Below, piece after piece: positions 49,169-63,665 of a stretch of 64,000 nucleotides of DNA. Under the pieces are notes generated by a model, which worked only from the letters and a program-made list of their open reading frames with translations, had not been told where the DNA came from and ran no database searches. Origin of the DNA: Didymodactylos carnosus (lineage: Eukaryota); NCBI GenBank assembly GCA_905250885.1, contig CAJNOQ010000174.1:1697-65696 (forward strand). Direction: 5' to 3'. A program made the position numbers and the translations under genes. Position 1 is the stretch's first letter; each line of letters begins with the position of its first letter.

Positions 49169-50038
49169 AGTGATAATAATCAATTAGTTTTTTTCTATCT
49201 GTCCTTCATACTTGTTTGGATGAAAAATTAACTTTGTTTTAGTATTATTTACATAGAAAACTTTTATGCATATTAGGCTGTTTTATTATATACAAAAGAA
49301 CAGGCACAATTCTCATTGTTTATGACTATTTTCGTTAACACTTCAAATGCTGTGATATTTCGCTGCCGGTTTTATTGATTAAGTGTCTTTCATTCTAAAA
49401 AACTTATATATTTCAAATAATTTTATATAAGATAAATATATAAGTATTGTTGTTGCTTTTTATATTTAGTGTGCTTATAACAATAGCAATACATTTTTTT
49501 ATATTTAAACTTTCATTACTACTGTTTGTTCATAAAGTTAACTCATTTGTTTTGTATACACACAATTTACAATGAATAAGAATATCAAGACGACTTCTCT
49601 GTCCATGGTGTTTATGTCACTCGCTATAAAACATGCATTTGATAATTGATTTTGGTCGTATGAACACTGATAGAGATCTATTGTTTTAATTGATAGAATA
49701 GCATCTAGAACAAACTCTATGTATACGAACAAGAAGCAGAAAATTGATATACGCTTATTAATAGTGCATAAATTCTTAGATGATAGACACATTTTAATTC
49801 TATATCTTATCAAAAGAAACTCTTTTATAGAACTGAAACGTTTCCGCGCGCTACGTAACTGTTATTTCTTATAAAAAAACATATTATTCTAATATTTTCG
49901 TACCGTATTCGTTTATAATAGTTTTTAGTTTCATACTTCTCTTGTAAGTTTTATTAAATGTGAATTTTAAATGAAGTATAATGTGCCTGATGTAGAAAAT
50001 GTGTGATGTACTAGAAATGAAAAATTTTTCAAAATCAA

Positions 50039-50713
50039 ATGATAAGATTAAAAATGATAGATCAAAATAGTTTACAAAATGATGTACAAACATTTGATTC
50101 TCAAATATATCAATCTGTACATAAAGAAATAAATAGTTTGAATCTATTAAATGTTTATCTACAATCATCATTGTACAAAGCACAAACTCAACTATTAACA
50201 TTAACAAACCGTTTCAATAAGGTTAATAGTGAAAAAGAGTTCATTGTTGAAAAATTACGAAAATCTAAACAACATTATTATAATGAGGAAGAAAAACGAA
50301 AAATTATCGAACAAAATGTAACATTTATGAAAATAACTGAAGATGTAAGAAAATTATATGATACGAATCAAATACAAATATTTTCAACATTAGCAACAAA
50401 TAATGATTTTTCACAATTTTTAAAAAAAAGTGAACATCAAGTTGAACAATTACGAGATATATTTCATGAATTAAATATTGCTATTACAAATGATCATGAT
50501 GATCATATCAGTAATTTACATATATCATTAAATCAATTAAATCAAAATGTTGAAAATACACGACAAGTTGTTGATAATGTTGTACATGCACATCAAACTG
50601 AAATACGAAAAAAAATAGCAAAACAAACTATACTTACATGTATAACATTCATATTTATTTCTATTTTAATATGGATGATTATTACATTCTCGATCATATT
50701 AAAACATAAATAA
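50039..50713 (+). CDS. Tail-anchored coiled-coil protein, 224 aa; SNARE-like architecture, family not resolved
   Basis: Single 675-nt ORF, long for this composition. Heptad-rich, Gln/Asn/Glu-rich coiled coil throughout, ending in ...RKKIAKQTILTCITFIFISILIWMIITFSIILKHK, a C-terminal transmembrane anchor 4 residues from the stop. An alternative start Met lies at 50054. Confidence 0.55.
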   Translation: MIRLKMIDQNSLQNDVQTFDSQIYQSVHKEINSLNLLNVYLQSSLYKAQTQLLTLTNRFNKVNSEKEFIVEKLRKSKQHYYNEEEKRKIIEQNVTFMKITEDVRKLYDTNQIQIFSTLATNNDFSQFLKKSEHQVEQLRDIFHELNIAITNDHDDHISNLHISLNQLNQNVENTRQVVDNVVHAHQTEIRKKIAKQTILTCITFIFISILIWMIITFSIILKHK

Positions 50714-53382
50714 AATATTGTTATAAACTGATACACAACTCTTTATACTTTTGGCAATTATGTTTGACGTATTCAATTGTTAAGTTGTATAAGAGAGAAT
50801 TTCTTGAATTTCCACTGCAAAAATTAATCAACATTTATTGTTCTCACTCGTTCTCACTTTTCTAGGCAATAGATGGGACGGCACCACTAGTGCAAGTAGA
50901 TGCACCCAATGCTTAAGTAGAAAATAATATTGAAGTTTTGAATAGCGGCACACAGCAGAGATGCTGGATCCCATTATTTGACAACGTGATACATAAATTT
51001 TCAGTGAAAATGAGGTCTTTAATGATTGAGATGGTCAAGGATCGGGCAATTTTTAATGAATATTTTCTGACCAAAGTTTTTCAATTTTAATTCTGAAAAC
51101 AGAATTTCTGCCTTAACAACAAATTTTTTGTGCAATGTTTTTGAGTTAAATTCATTTGGCGTCTAACAGACTGTATGAAATAAAATCCATTTTGAGTCAA
51201 TTTCATTCCCTCCTATACTGCTTTATGTCCTACGTTGAGTTGTAGATGTTCTCGTACAGTGGACGTTCGATGACATGTACAGCTGTGTACTATGGCTGCT
51301 TTCTTGAGCCTATGCCATACTCACACGTACTAATTACTTGCGTTCTAATTATTATTACTATTTTGCTTCGGTCAGTCTGCATGAACTTCATAGCTCTTGT
51401 CATCATCATTTTCCAGCACTAAACTACAGTATCTTTTTTCTCATTCACATCATTTTTCTAAGAAAAAAAAGTATGTAATTTGCCTAGTGTGAGAAAAAAT
51501 AATATGAACAGCGTTCACAAGAACAATGAATGATTTTGTTCAATGACAATTTTTAGGTCGACAGGCATTGTGTTTTTGATGCGAAAAGTGTGTTTTTTTT
51601 TCTTTGGTCGCTGTTTTGTGTAAAATGTGCGCCTCATGATCTAGAGAACTACGCTACTTAGAAAAGTTCTGAAAACAGAATGTTGTTCTTGATATATTCG
51701 AGATTAACCAATACTTTTGTTCATTTTTCGAGCAGTGGTCCACATTCTGCGCCCTAAGATGGAACAAGTTAACCGAAAATGTATTTGAGGCTTGAAGTTT
51801 TTCATACATTTTGTTACCGGTACCATTTTTTAAGGAAAACTTTGAGAACAAAATTATTTCTTTATTGAGAAAAGAATTTTCGTGAGGGAAAGACAAGAAG
51901 AAAACGAAGATTCGATGGTCAGAGTAATAAGACATAAAGTTATTGATAACTGAGATTGTTAGGAATATTAGGCAAAAAAAGACAGAAGAAAGATAAATTC
52001 GCTTGTTGTGTTGAAAAGAGTTATTATGAAAATATATATTCGTCGGTAGAAGTATTGAGCGATATTTGCTTTTCTTTTTCTGTTATCGATTCTGTTGATG
52101 GCATATGACGGTTTGTCATTGCCGAATCATTCATGGTATGTCGAAAATCAGGTAAAGAAAAATATTGATGTATATTTAAATCTGGACTACTGCTAGTATC
52201 ATATGCTCATGTCGGACTTGCATATACTAGCTCAACATCATCGAATTTTTCATAGTCGAAACCTTGTAATGTGTTGTCACACGATAGCCACATAGAATTT
52301 CATTTGATAAATAAGACGTACGAAAATGACATGAAAAGTCTGTACAATCAAATATGCCTTCGATAATGACAATAATTTCAAAGTTTTGTTTTGATAATGT
52401 TGTTTTTGAATACCATATAACGGACTATTTTATCAATAACATGTTTAATAATTGTTGAACGAGAAAAAAATAATTGACCATTCCGTAGACGAGTCAATTA
52501 AATCTGATGCGGTATAATTTCACCTTCTTCTTTTATCCAAGAACGAATCATCATGACAAAAATCACTTGGGATGACGATAAATTTCCTGAAATGAAAGCT
52601 TTTAAATTAGATAGATGATCGTGACGTTAATTTTACCTATTCGAAATGATAAGCCCAATTGGTTATTATGTGGTAATTAATAGCTTTTTCACTGAAAACA
52701 AGATATTGTGATTTTTCTAAAAAAGAAAAAATGAATGCAGTTAGATATTAGTTCTAATAAGAAATAGAAGTACCTGCTGGTCTCGATAGTTTTGTGAACA
52801 CTATCTGTGCAACGATATATGTAGAATATATCCTAATGATGATTGAATAGTTAATGATGAAACATCACGTATACATCTTGTTGTTACATATCGTGATCCA
52901 TAACCGATTGTGTGTTGAGTCTCAACTGAAAATAGCAATGCAATCAAAAAATTATGAACGTTATAGACACACGTTTCTCAACCATTAGCCGTTAGCATCA
53001 ATGCTGTACTGCTATTAAGGGCCTCCTCAGAATGAAATCTTTTTGTATCGAAAAATCAATTTGGAGACAAGCACATGGAAAGATAGCCTGGAGTGTCTAC
53101 TTTCAAAATCTGTATCGCTTTTGGGCCCAGAACTGTTTTATCATGGTTTTCGAGAAAGTTTTCTAGAAGCCTTGAAAACCAGGATCTTCCAATAATAATT
53201 TTTTTCTGGACATGTAGATTTGTAAAGCGGACTTTTCTGATCAAAATATGACGTTGACAACTCTGTGTGATCTTGCGTTCAAAAATTACAAGCATTTTCC
53301 TAAATCCTACATGTTCTAAAACAGACCAACGAATGCACAGCGTTTTCTCTCAAAACACGTTTTTTGTTCGAACATGTCCAGT

Positions 53383-53618
53383 GTGGGGCACTTTTTTTAA
53401 CTATACTTCAAGCTAGAGATCTCGGGTTGGTTTTATTTTAAACTAGATACCTAACTATGTGGGCTGATGAGACCAGATTTTTGAATTAGGCCTTATTTTT
53501 CTAACGAAGACCTAAATCAAAAATCTGGTCCCATCAGCCCACGCAGTTAGGTGTCTAGTTTAAAATAAACCTAACCCGAGATCTCTAGCTTGAAGTATAT
53601 TTTAAAAAAGTGCCTCAC
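53383..53618. mobile_element. Palindromic foldback element (about 110-bp arms at roughly 92% identity, loop about 16 bp)
   Basis: GTGGGGCACTTTTTTTAACTATACTTCAAGCTAGAGATCTCGGGTTGG...GACCAGATTTTTGAATTAGGCC | loop | GACCTAAATCAAAAATCTGGTC...CCAACCCGAGATCTCTAGCTTGAAGTATATTTTAAAAAAGTGCCTCAC. Confidence 0.75.
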
Positions 53619-56037
53619 AGTGGAAGGATTTTTTACCTTAAACTCTGGAAAACCCCGGAACGGTAAGAGGTAGCGAGGGAAAAAAATTTCATAACCACAC
53701 TTTGATATGGCAAACATTTGCTGAAAGTGGCATCAAAATCGGATGTAAAACAAAAAGGGTTTTTTCTGAGGGGGTCCATTAAGTGATTGTTCTTCCTCCA
53801 TCAATTAAAAATCACCAAGTTCAATTGAAACAGGAAAATATAGAAATGCAAGTATTATTGAACTCAATACGAAACCGAGTACAAATAATATATTAACGAG
53901 CCGCCATTCAGCTTCCATGATAAATCTAATAATATTGTTGTAAATACTCTGAATTCGGTGCACCAATCCGTAATTTAATGTGACCGTACTTTTCAACAAA
54001 ACAATATTCATTTGATTTTGGTTTCTTATCAAGAGAAATATATAGAAAATTTTAGGGGCTATCCAATGATACATTTACTTTTTCATCTACGCGAAAGAAA
54101 CATGAGAAAAACACATTTTACGTAACCTATAGTTGATCTTTGAGGGGTAAGCTATTGGCGCCCTATTCGTGAAGAATTACTCGGATTTTAGTTACAGAAA
54201 GTATGTGAAATTACCCAAAACCGACTGACAATACTTGTCTACTAATTACTCAAAAAGAAAACGTTACATTTTATAACTTACGCCCCGGTGACGACATTGT
54301 TTCATATACTTTGTAGAAATGAAAATCAAGTAAAAATTTCGAAATACGCATCAGTCAACTAAGTTTTTCATCCTAATTCTGAATATGATATTTTTATTGC
54401 ATAAAAGTTTAGTTTCTAACTTTTTCGCATCAGATTTAGAAAAAATGAATTTTCTCAGCAAGGAAAAGGTTTAAAACAGCGAACCGTACTTTTTAAGCTG
54501 GAGTGTTGGCGAATATGATGACGTATAAATCGTAGTTTCAGTCCTTCACACAAAAAGATAGGTTTACAAAATGACGCATATCTTTTTAGCACCTGTCCAT
54601 GGCGGACGAGTGTTTATTTCTGAACTGGGTCTAAGACCATTTTCTAATTCAATTCTCGATGCCGAATCAGAAAAAAATAGTTTGAACATTCTATGTTGGA
54701 ACAGAAGTCGAAACGTTAACAAAAACGAACGATTTTTCGATTTTTGATACCTTTCGAGTTTTTTTACACGAAAAAAGCAACTGAACAAATTATAAACCTT
54801 ATATTCGTATACAGCTCGAGTTCCTCTAGCCAATGGTGTATCACAAGTTCAGAAAAAAAAATTGTGTCATTTTTGCATTAGCTGCATCTTACCGGCAGAC
54901 GAACTATTTCATATGTTCGTTTATATGCACGAATTCCATATCTAAATGACATACAGCACTTTGTACATTTTTCTGTTGATGAACTTAAGACGCTTCGAAA
55001 CCTTAAAAATGAAGATAAAAAGTAAGTGTTAAAAATACACTATATATAATTTTTACTTTTTATTATCGCTTTTATAGTGCAAAAAAGCTAATCTAATGTT
55101 AGAAGAAGTCCTTCCATTATCAGTCAATGCTTAGTTAATTCTAGATCACCATTCAGCCTTTCTTAAATAGTTTGAGAAGATAGCAACGTTTGATTTGATA
55201 TCTGAAGCGGATGTCTATACCCCTAATGAAACGGTTTTCGAAGCACAAAAAAGACAATGAGTCTATAGCAGCAAAGTCAGAGGTTTAGAAAGTATTTGGT
55301 TTCCCATGTGTGAAGTATCCTGGTGGTAATCTGCTGACCTCGAACTGGACTGGGATGGACTTAAAAAGCTGTTTTTCATGGACTCGGCCTGGACTGGACT
55401 AGATTTTTTTAGTTCATGGACTGGACTGGACTCAATAAGTCCATACGGAACTCTGGAACGTACTGAAGTTTTTCGAAAAATTCTTGCCTTTTCCGTAATA
55501 AAGCAGATAAATAGCAGATCTATCACAGAGATGAGGCCTCTCATTCTGTAAGTCTCGAACTGAGATGTTTCGCTTTCCTTTTCTTCTAACAATAGAATCA
55601 AAAATGCTTCTTCTTCGTGATTGTCTCGCTCATTAATAATATAATACATAAGATAGATTAAAACAAAAAAAAAAAAAAATTGGCCAAGAAAATAGAGAGA
55701 ATACGAACTATTCATAATATATTCATATATGAGAATGCTTTAAACGAACAGTAAATTCTATTTGAAAAAAGGTTCTGGCAGATCTGCCCTTCGTGAAAAG
55801 GCATTCGGTTACAATTTTTGAAGCTGTTTGTAACGGTCAAATCGGGATTGGCAGTAATCTCCAATTTTCAATGATAATGAGTTTTACTAAAAAAACGTTT
55901 TTGGAGACAGATCATTATTAATAATATTTACCATGCAAATATGTCACACTTAAAAAATGACCTTATGGAATAGTTTAGATCCTGAAAAATACTAGAAAGA
56001 TAAGATTTAGTTGAAAATGCTGATACATTCTAAAGTA

Positions 56038-56352
56038 CATATCACCGGAACCAAAAAAATAAAGTTGATTTTGAGTTACTGAAAAATGCCTTTTCGTATT
56101 CAGCACACTCGATAACCCCGAGGATTTTCTACTTTTGAGAAGGAGTACTTCCAAAAGTTTAGGGAAAACTTTGAAACAAAGTGGTGCAACATAATTTCCA
56201 CGGGAAAATAACATTAATTCGAAAATTTTTCCTAAACTTTTAGAAGCACTGCTCGCCAAAAATAGAAAATCTGCTGGGTTATCGAATGTGCTGAATACGA
56301 AAAAGAACTTTTTAGCAACTCAGAACCAACTTTATTTTTTTTCGATGATATG
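56038..56352. mobile_element. Foldback MITE family A copy
   Basis: CATATCACCGGAACCAAAAAAATAAAGTTGATTTTGAGTTACTGAAAAATGCC ... GCAACTCAGAACCAACTTTATTTTTTTTCGATGATATG, with the same core as the other copies. Confidence 0.8.
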
Positions 56353-58681
56353 TATAGAAACATTTCTTTTCTATCTATCGCCTCATCATTTGTAAAGAGA
56401 AAAATCATTGTGCACCTTATATGTTTATGCAATTACAAACAAAGCAGTGATACGTAAAATAGTTCTAAATTATGTTGTATTATAGCTATACAGAACGAAC
56501 GGAAGAGCGAAATAACGACCGATCGAAATATATTTTGAAACGCTCCCTTAGTTGATGTAACACTGAGCTGATGTATCTGTGGAAATTATCTTGTTCTGAA
56601 GAAAAATTATGAAAATTGTCCGATACTCGTTCAGTTCTGTTATTGTCTTTAGCACTAATATCTATTTTCTAACTACCCGTATGCACGTAATTACTTCCCT
56701 TTCACTCAAGTTGATTATTCAAAAATTTAGGTGTCGCTAAATTCGATATATTGCCTCTTTCTACTGCTCCTAGTCCTAAGCCATTATATTCTTAGAATAG
56801 TATTACTTTTATGCGACGATGACTTCGTTGTTTGCCGATAAACAAAGATCTATCTCTAGTTTTGTCTTCTACTTGCGCGCGACACCTACCATATCTCGAG
56901 TTGTTTATCGAAAAGGATGATCCGAATGGTTGTATTTCAAGAACGAAAGAAATGCTGCAGTCAGGTCACCCTCATCAATAGTTCTTTTTTATTCAGCTTG
57001 CTGAAATAACATATAGAATTTCTAAAACAATCATACTACTAGCACGAAATACGCCTTGCTTCAGAGAAGGAAATGCGTAATTGTTTGTAGATTGAAAGAT
57101 AAAACTTCAGGGGGTTGCAATTTATCCTAAGAGACCTTTCTACAACATCCTTCAAATCAAATACGTGTGTAAATTGGTATATAAACCTAACATCATGAGG
57201 TTATGTATAGAATAATGCATAATATCAGTTTTTCTCACTAAGCAGTATTATTCCTTACAGAATATGAACGGTTTCCGTTTTTATCTGTTTGCTTGAATGA
57301 AGATAAGCTTGCTATATCTAATTTTGCACACAAATTGAACGTACTGCAAAACGTTATTATTCTCTTAGAGCTGTATCAGAAGCAGTATTTCTAATGATTG
57401 GTGGTCTTCTACTATTCAAAAATCAATTTCCACCCTGTTTTCCACTTCGAAAGCTAAGAAAACCACTTTGCGAATCACTTTCCTTTTTGAAGTTGCCATG
57501 ATGAATGAATTGTCACAACAAATATATTGTTTATTTTATTTCTTTATTGTATAGTATATTTTGCTTTATCTGTTACTGACTACATCTCTGTTACATTTGT
57601 TTTCAAGAAAAGGAAACACATGGCTTTTCCTTTGTTTCACTCGTACTACAAATCAACGCAGAACAGAGTTAACTCAAGTTAACAAAGTGGAGATGGGTCC
57701 AACTTTTAGAGCACAATTCATTACAGCAGTTTTACAGATGCTACTTGCTGAAAACTTGTATTGAAACTTGCGTTTTAGAACAAAGTAGAAAGTATCACTT
57801 TGAGATTCAGAGCATAGTGGTTCAGTACTTTGATTGCAAATACGTTGATTAGCAGATTCTCGGCCTCTCTTGTACTTGAAATAGGTCTTGTTCTGTTCAT
57901 TCGAGCAACGAAAGTACATTTGGAAATAGTCGCTTATCTCATTTTTGTCAGATGAAACCAACGGACATGTGTATCCACCCATTCGCTTTTCACATTTCTA
58001 ACGCTATGCTGAATAGGGATTTGACTTCCGCTGTGATCTTGGTGTCACAACAAGCTTTTCTTCTACGATACTTGATAATGAGCAAAGTCATGATATCTCT
58101 ACACCATGGTAGTGTATTTAAGGACACAACTCTCTGTCTCAAATTGAACATATAATGCTGTTGAAATGCGGTTATCAGATAACTTTAAGCAAAAAGTGAA
58201 AGGAAGAGCTAAAAATCCGTTGTTTACTATTAAATGTCGACTAACGACTTTTTCTCTATGGTAGCTTATAATATATACTTTATGAGACTTTAGCCAAACG
58301 ATCGTCTGGATACTGTGAGATGCTCTAGAAGAGGGAACTAATCCATAGTTGGGTCTTAATATTGACCTCAACATTAGGGTACAACTATAAACATCTTGAT
58401 CAAATAGAAAATCTGCAACCCTTGGCAGACACTGTAGGACGAGAAAATCAAATGAGCCGATATACACACTTATACAAACCTGTTCTTTGCATCAGGTATT
58501 TACTGATAAATATTTATTCTTTTTACAGATACGAGAATGTAAGATGTAAAACTCAATAATTCTTTTATCAATCATAAAACCAAATACGTCAACAACAATG
58601 CACTGTGAGTATTTACGGTAAACTGTTTCAGTCGTAAATATGAGATCAATTTTTATTATAGTCTACTAATATTCATATTCT

Positions 58682-59883
58682 ATGTCGCCAAATAATTTAT
58701 TTTCACGATTACGGCTGTATAATCGTCGCTATCGTGAACGTCAATCACAACAAGCAAATTCTGATCAACAAACTTTATTTTCTCGTACATCATCCACCGC
58801 AACGAATACGCCAGGGTCAACTGGCAGACGCTTTTTTACTTCATTTTCAAAAAAATTTGAACGTAATTATGTATCAGCATCATGTTCAATGTTTGCTATT
58901 GCGGCATTGGCCGTTTCTATGGCCGATTATCGTTGGTTCTGGTTAAATGGTGGTGGCTGCAATTCGAAATATATCGGGTTAAGCATGTTTTTTGCTGTGG
59001 GAAAATTATATGTCGTTCGATCAAACGCACCATGGGATCCATCAATTCCAAATGATATTTATGAATTTAAAGTTAATGAATATTTAGGTATATGAAAAAG
59101 AATAGCTATTTTGTAACATTAATCAAAAGTTGAATTATCACTCTGTTTTTGCTTAAGATTTGGTTGGTTGTGTCGACACGCGATCTATCTTAGTTTTACG
59201 TTTAATTATAACATTAATTTGTTTATCCATCTTCTGTTCAACGATTGGGTTTCTGCTTGATGCATTAGGTATGTACACTTGATCCCCATATGGTCATAAA
59301 ACATTATATTTATTAATAGGACCGATGAGATTTGGATTGAAATTTATGCGTCGACATGCGTTCTGGCATCTGATATCTGGTATTGTTTGTTTATATACTC
59401 GCTGTTGCATCCAACAGATGACGATTTTTTCCAAAAGTTCTTTATTGACAGTTTTTCAAAATTTTAAACCTACAAATTATTTCTATTTTCTACTTTTAGT
59501 TCTTCTTTGTACGATAATCAGTGGACTATGTTTCTGGGCATCTGAATTGATTTATGATATACAAGATAAAAATCGTTCAAAAATTGGAAAAAAAGTTGAA
59601 GTGCATTTTGATGTTGCCTATTATTTAATTGTTATATCCAGTGGTTTATCTCTACTAGCAGCAGCATTCGCACTATTAAGAAGATATCCAACATCTGAAG
59701 AAGAACATTTCGAGAGGTAATAAGATAAAAGTAGAAAATTAGTTACATTTATCTTTTTTTCTTTACAATAGACTTATGGAAGATTGGTCTAGTCGAGAAG
59801 AACCATTATTTATTGAACGTGCGCTACCAGCGACCACCACGACATCAATTACAGATGAACCACCTCCAATTTATTCCGTGTAG
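58682..59883 (+). CDS. LHFPL tetraspan subfamily (lipoma HMGIC fusion partner-like, L_HMGIC_fpl) membrane protein, 4 exons, 341 aa
   Basis: Exons 58682-59087, 59158-59268, 59320-59716 and 59772-59883, with donors gtatat, gtatgt, gtaata and phases 1,1,2. TM1 plus extracellular loop reads ...CSMFAIAALAVSMADYRWFWLNGGGCNSKYIGLSMFFAVGKLYV, matching the LHFPL motif FIQPYWIGDG......YFGLFHYCIG of LHFPL5. Exon 2 gives LVGCVDTRSILVLRLIITLICLSIFCSTIGFLLDALG. Exon 3 has two further TMs. The C-terminus reads ...TDEPPPIYSV. Confidence 0.7.
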
Positions 59884-61592
59884 TAGTCGTTTTTTCTCTG
59901 TAAAAAGTGTATTAAACTTTTGAATATGGAGATCTGTCTTTGTGCATTGAATCTCTTTTTATTTCTTATTTCCTAGAATTTGTTATTTTCGAATTGTGGA
60001 CGTAACTGAACACATCAATATATTGCTAACAGTGAAATTTCTTTAGGACTTTTTCTCTTTTGTTTATTAATGAATTTTTCAGAAAAATACTACGTATAAA
60101 TGATGATTCCGTCTTTTGTTTTATATATATTTTTTAATTATTTCTTTATCCAATGTATGTATATTGCTGTTGTTCTCGTTCTTATTGTTTATAAATTCAA
60201 AAAACAAAATTATTATATCAAATATATGAAAACATGTCATTTCTAGTCGATTGATTGCACGAGTAAAGTTTCATATTTTCTTTTTGTTTCGACTTTCGAT
60301 TATAGGCTAATTCATCAATTCCACTGGCCATAACACTTTCATTCAAAGAGGCTTGTCGACATCAAAACATTTTGAATTTAAATTTACGGTTGACAGACAA
60401 TTCACAGTCACATAGTTTTCCGAAGATTTTGAGTATAAGCTCACTGAGATGTATCACGTAGATTAGAAACTGTCGTAACTACTGAGGATAGGATTGGGAT
60501 TGAACCTATAGTTAGAAGCAATTATCCTTTTCTTATAAATACAGAATAAAGATTTCAGGAAGAAAATCTTGCTAATCGTTTACTATCATTATCTTCTTTG
60601 GAGTGGGTAAGATCAATCGGTACGACTCTGTCTAAATTGCTTAATATTCCAAATGGAGCGATTAATGTTTTGCTGTTCCATCATGCATTTGTGATCATGA
60701 TCTAATAGTTTGAATAAATCAAATTCCATTTGGTAATTACGATTATCATAAAATGAGAAAGGAAGAAGAAAACGCTTAAGGCTCGTATTCATATGTATAA
60801 TAATTGTGTTTATTGACAGCAGTCATGAGCAGATTTTTCTGTCCTTTTATTCAGAATGGTGTAAGAGATTAAGAGTAGGAATTGTACTTAATCTGAAGAT
60901 GCAGAATAAACTATATGAACAACACGCTAACTAATCACTTGTTTCGAATACTTTGAACATATGCATTGTAGTTTTTTCTTTGACAAGATCACGGTTCAAT
61001 CTGATCTAAAGGATTCAAGTCAAAAATATTTTTATTTTCAATTGTTTCTAGTTTTGATTGTTGCATAGATTCTATAGTTTTCATACATCTTTAATGTAGG
61101 AAATAAAACTTTATTGTAGCTTTCTTGCTTTTCTAGACTTTAACTAAAAAATGACCTGTACAACGTTAATATCATGGAAATTAATTCCGTTATAAGTGCA
61201 GTCATCTTTTTCAACAGAAACAAATTTTACTGGCTACAAAACATCTTGTGTGTACAAGCAAGCAGCTGATAGTATGTAAGAGGCCTATGACTTGAATGTC
61301 AAAAATCGAGTGTTTTCTTATTGACGTAAAGAGAGTGAACGTGGACTTTATTTGAAAACATATGAGCATACTATCTTATGAAAGATTCTTTTTGTAAGAT
61401 TCATTCTCGTTAAGTGACGTATTCAGTGCTATGTTCCTTTCTAGTACAAAGACTTTTACTTTATTTTAGAAATTAAATCATTACTAAACGAACAGCGTTA
61501 AAATATACTCGACCGTTGATCGTTCGAGAGTCAACTATCTTTTTGTTTTTACAATTTCATTTTATTTCAATTGTATGTGCATATGTTATATA

Positions 61593-63665
61593 ATGGTTCT
61601 TTCTGAACGTCAAAAAGATGAACTGTAAGCGTGTGCGTGTGTAAAGAACTTTTAACAGCCTACTTTAAGAATGTCTCTTTATTTAGCAATCAAGCTATAG
61701 CAGACTATTTAGCATCGAATAGTTATCTGTCTGCATATAAAGAGTTTTGCCGAGAGGCAAACATTGTACGAGTATGCAATCACTAATTCTTCTGTGTATC
61801 CATGCTCACTGTCCCAATATTTTTATTTTTTTCTCATTTTAGCCAGCCAATGAAACTACTGATAAAAAAGACCAACTTGAAAAGAAATGGACATCTGTTA
61901 TACGATTACAAAAAAAGGTATAAACAGGATATTTTTGGTGTAATATAGGAATTGATCTTATTTTTTATTTTCAAGGTGATGGATCTCGAAACGAAATTAC
62001 ATGAAGCACAACAAGAAGCCACAACTGGAGGCCCCACTCGTGATAAACGTTCACCAACTGAATGGGTTCCTCGTCCTCCAGAAAAGTTTGATCTAAAAGG
62101 CCATCGTGATCCTGTGACACGTGTTATATTTCATCCAACATTTTCACTAATAGCATCGGCAAGTGAAGATGCAACAATTAAAGTGAGAAATTTCTTTGGA
62201 ATGTCTTGATTCGTGGCTCTAATCTTATTTCATCTTTCTCTAGATATGGGATTATGAGACGGGTGATCACGATCGAACGTTAAAAGGGCATACAGCGCCC
62301 GTACAAGATATTGCATTTGATCATACTGGAAAATGGCTTGGTAAGAATACTGAAAAAAATCTACAGTAATCAGTTGATTGTTCCATTTTGTTTAAAGTTT
62401 CTTGTTCTGCCGATATGAGTGTGAGACTGTGGGATTTCCAGTCATACCAGTGTGTGAAAACTATGCATGGTAAGCAATTTGATAAATGTATTTCATAGAT
62501 CTATTCACGTCTTTGAGCTGTTTTCATTTCATCAAAAAAGGTCATGATCACAATGTATCTTCCGTTACGTTTACTCCAAGTGGTGATCATATTATTTCCA
62601 GTAGTAGAGATAAAACAATCAAAATTTGGGAAGTTTCAACCACGTGAGTCTCACTGATGACCATTTGTATCAATAACTCTTTAAGCAATGTAATAATTTT
62701 TAGATTTTGTATCAAAACAATTACCGGTCATAGAGAGTGGGTGCGTATGGTGCGTGTTTATCATGATGGTTCGCTAATAGCCAGTTGTTCAAACGATCAT
62801 GTAAGTAAAAAAGCTTTTTAACCGGTATATTTTCATGTTAATTCCTCTTTTTAGACTGTTCGTGTGTGGGTAATGTCAAGTGGAGACTGCAAAGCGGAAT
62901 TACGCGGCCATGATAACGCTATCGAATGTATAGCATGGGCACCTGAAAGTGCCGCACCGCACATCGCTGAAGCAGCTGGAGAAGACGTATGTTAAACTAA
63001 ACTATTATATTTATTGAAATTACAATAATTTTTTCACGGTTTAGGCTAAAAAACGATCCGGTCCGTACTTGGTGTCCGGTGCACGAGATAAAATCATCAA
63101 AGTCTGGGATGTAGCAAATGGACTTTGTCTTTTTACTCTGGTAAACAAAAGTATTTGAAATCATTTGTCCTGTTTGATATTCATGCTGCTTTAGTTTCAT
63201 AAATAGTCAGATTTAGTTTCTTAATCTGCAAAAAGAAACTTTCATCTTAGATTATAGGCTCGCTGATATATTTTTCTACTTGTTGAAGATTCACTAAAAT
63301 ATACCTGAACTATTATTACGATTACCGAGTTATATTTATATTATATGTTCTAGAATGGACACGATAATTGGATTCGGGGATTAGTATTTCATCCTGGGGG
63401 AAAATTTCTTTTAAGTTGTTCAGACGATAAAACATTAAGTATATGGGATATCAAAAATAAACGCAATACAAAAACAATCGAAGCACATTCTCATTTTTGC
63501 ACGTCTCTCGGTACGTACTTATATGTATATCTTCAATCTATTAAGCAGTATTGTCATTATTTGTTTTTTTCTCTCCCTCTCTCTATTTTAGATATGCATC
63601 GAAATAAACCTTATGTAATTACTGGCAGTGTTGACTCATCAATCAAAGTATGGGAATGTCGTTAA
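61593..63665 (+). CDS. PAFAH1B1: LIS1 / platelet-activating factor acetylhydrolase IB alpha subunit homolog (LisH + coiled coil + 7 WD40 repeats), 12 exons, 406 aa, complete
   Basis: Exons 61593-61624, 61687-61765, 61843-61917, 61976-62182, 62244-62340, 62398-62469, 62541-62643, 62704-62800, 62855-62986, 63045-63140, 63354-63510 and 63592-63665, all GT-AG. The translation is collinear with LIS1: [24 protein letters not shown]... [23 protein letters not shown]... [73 protein letters not shown]... [57 protein letters not shown]... [103 protein letters not shown] then stop. Confidence 0.92.

Noticed and set aside
55263-55715. 150-aa minus-strand ORF
   Set aside because: It spans a GGACTGGACT microsatellite-like tract and an A16 homopolymer. 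Low-complexity translation and no splice context.
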